In this document: piece after piece, positions 63,625 through 64,000 of the stretch
How positions within the stretch are numbered: position 1 is the first letter of the stretch
Layout: each line of letters opens with the position of its first letter
Source of the DNA: Carcharhinus amblyrhynchos
Lineage: Eukaryota
Assembly: GCA_965287045.1 (NCBI GenBank)
Contig: OZ336881.1
Span: 52,080,001 to 52,144,000, forward strand
Direction of reading: 5' to 3'
DNA length: 64,000 nt
The notes under the pieces: model-generated
The model's input: only the letters and a program-made list of their open reading frames with translations
Database searches by the model: none
Told to the model about the DNA's origin: nothing
Program-made: the position numbers and the translations under genes

Positions 63625-64000
63625 CCCCCACTGACACTATAGTTAAGGATGCCCAGCAACAACTCTACTTTCCCAGGAGGCTTAGGAAATTCAGCATGTC
63701 TACTACGATTCTCACCAATTTTTACAGATTCACATAGAAAGCATCCTTTCCAGATGTATCACAGCTTAGTCTGGCTCTTGCTCTGACCAAGACTGCAAGA
63801 AACTGCAAAAGGTTGTAGTTTCTCGCGGTCCAGTCCATCACACAAACAAACCTTCCATCCATTGACCCTATCTGCACTTCCCACTGCCTCAGAAAAGCAG
63901 CCAGCATAATTCAGGACCCCATGCACTTTGGATATACTCTCTTCCACGTTTGTCCATCAGAGAAAAGATGCAAAAATATGAGATCATGTACTAACTCTCT
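63625..64000 (+). mobile_element. Rex1/Babar-type LINE fragment, running off the window
   Basis: DTIVKDAQQQLYFPRRLRKFSMSTTILTNFYRFT; overlaps in sequence with 56690-56860. Confidence 0.85.

Overview
Eukaryotic genomic DNA from a cartilaginous fish (shark, inferred from its repeat families). The whole window lies inside the 3' part of the usherin gene (USH2A) on the minus strand. Nine coding exons can be placed with GT-AG boundaries and consistent phases: orthologues of human exons 64-71 (last FN3 domains, transmembrane helix, cytoplasmic tail) plus a 72-nt cassette exon matching the 24-aa inner-ear alternative exon. That cassette exon is followed by two downstream RBFOX (UGCAUG) motifs. I did not find the terminal exon (PDZ-binding motif) or exon 63; both probably lie outside the window. 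Introns are filled with V-SINE/HE1-type SINEs of two tail types, a third SINE, Deu-domain SINEs, CR1, Rex/Babar, L2 and RTEX-like LINE fragments, Penelope-like termini, and PIF/Harbinger remnants and MITEs. I found no clear-cut new gene system. The best leads are: (1) the conserved cassette exon and its splicing elements; (2) a recursive-splice-like exon start; (3) short fold-back Penelope insertions with target-site duplications (TSDs) and hammerhead-like cores; (4) two independent CR1 insertions at the same site of one SINE family; (5) three SINE-LINE tail pairings. Human exon numbers, sizes and peptides are recalled from memory, not looked up, and repeat boundaries are approximate.
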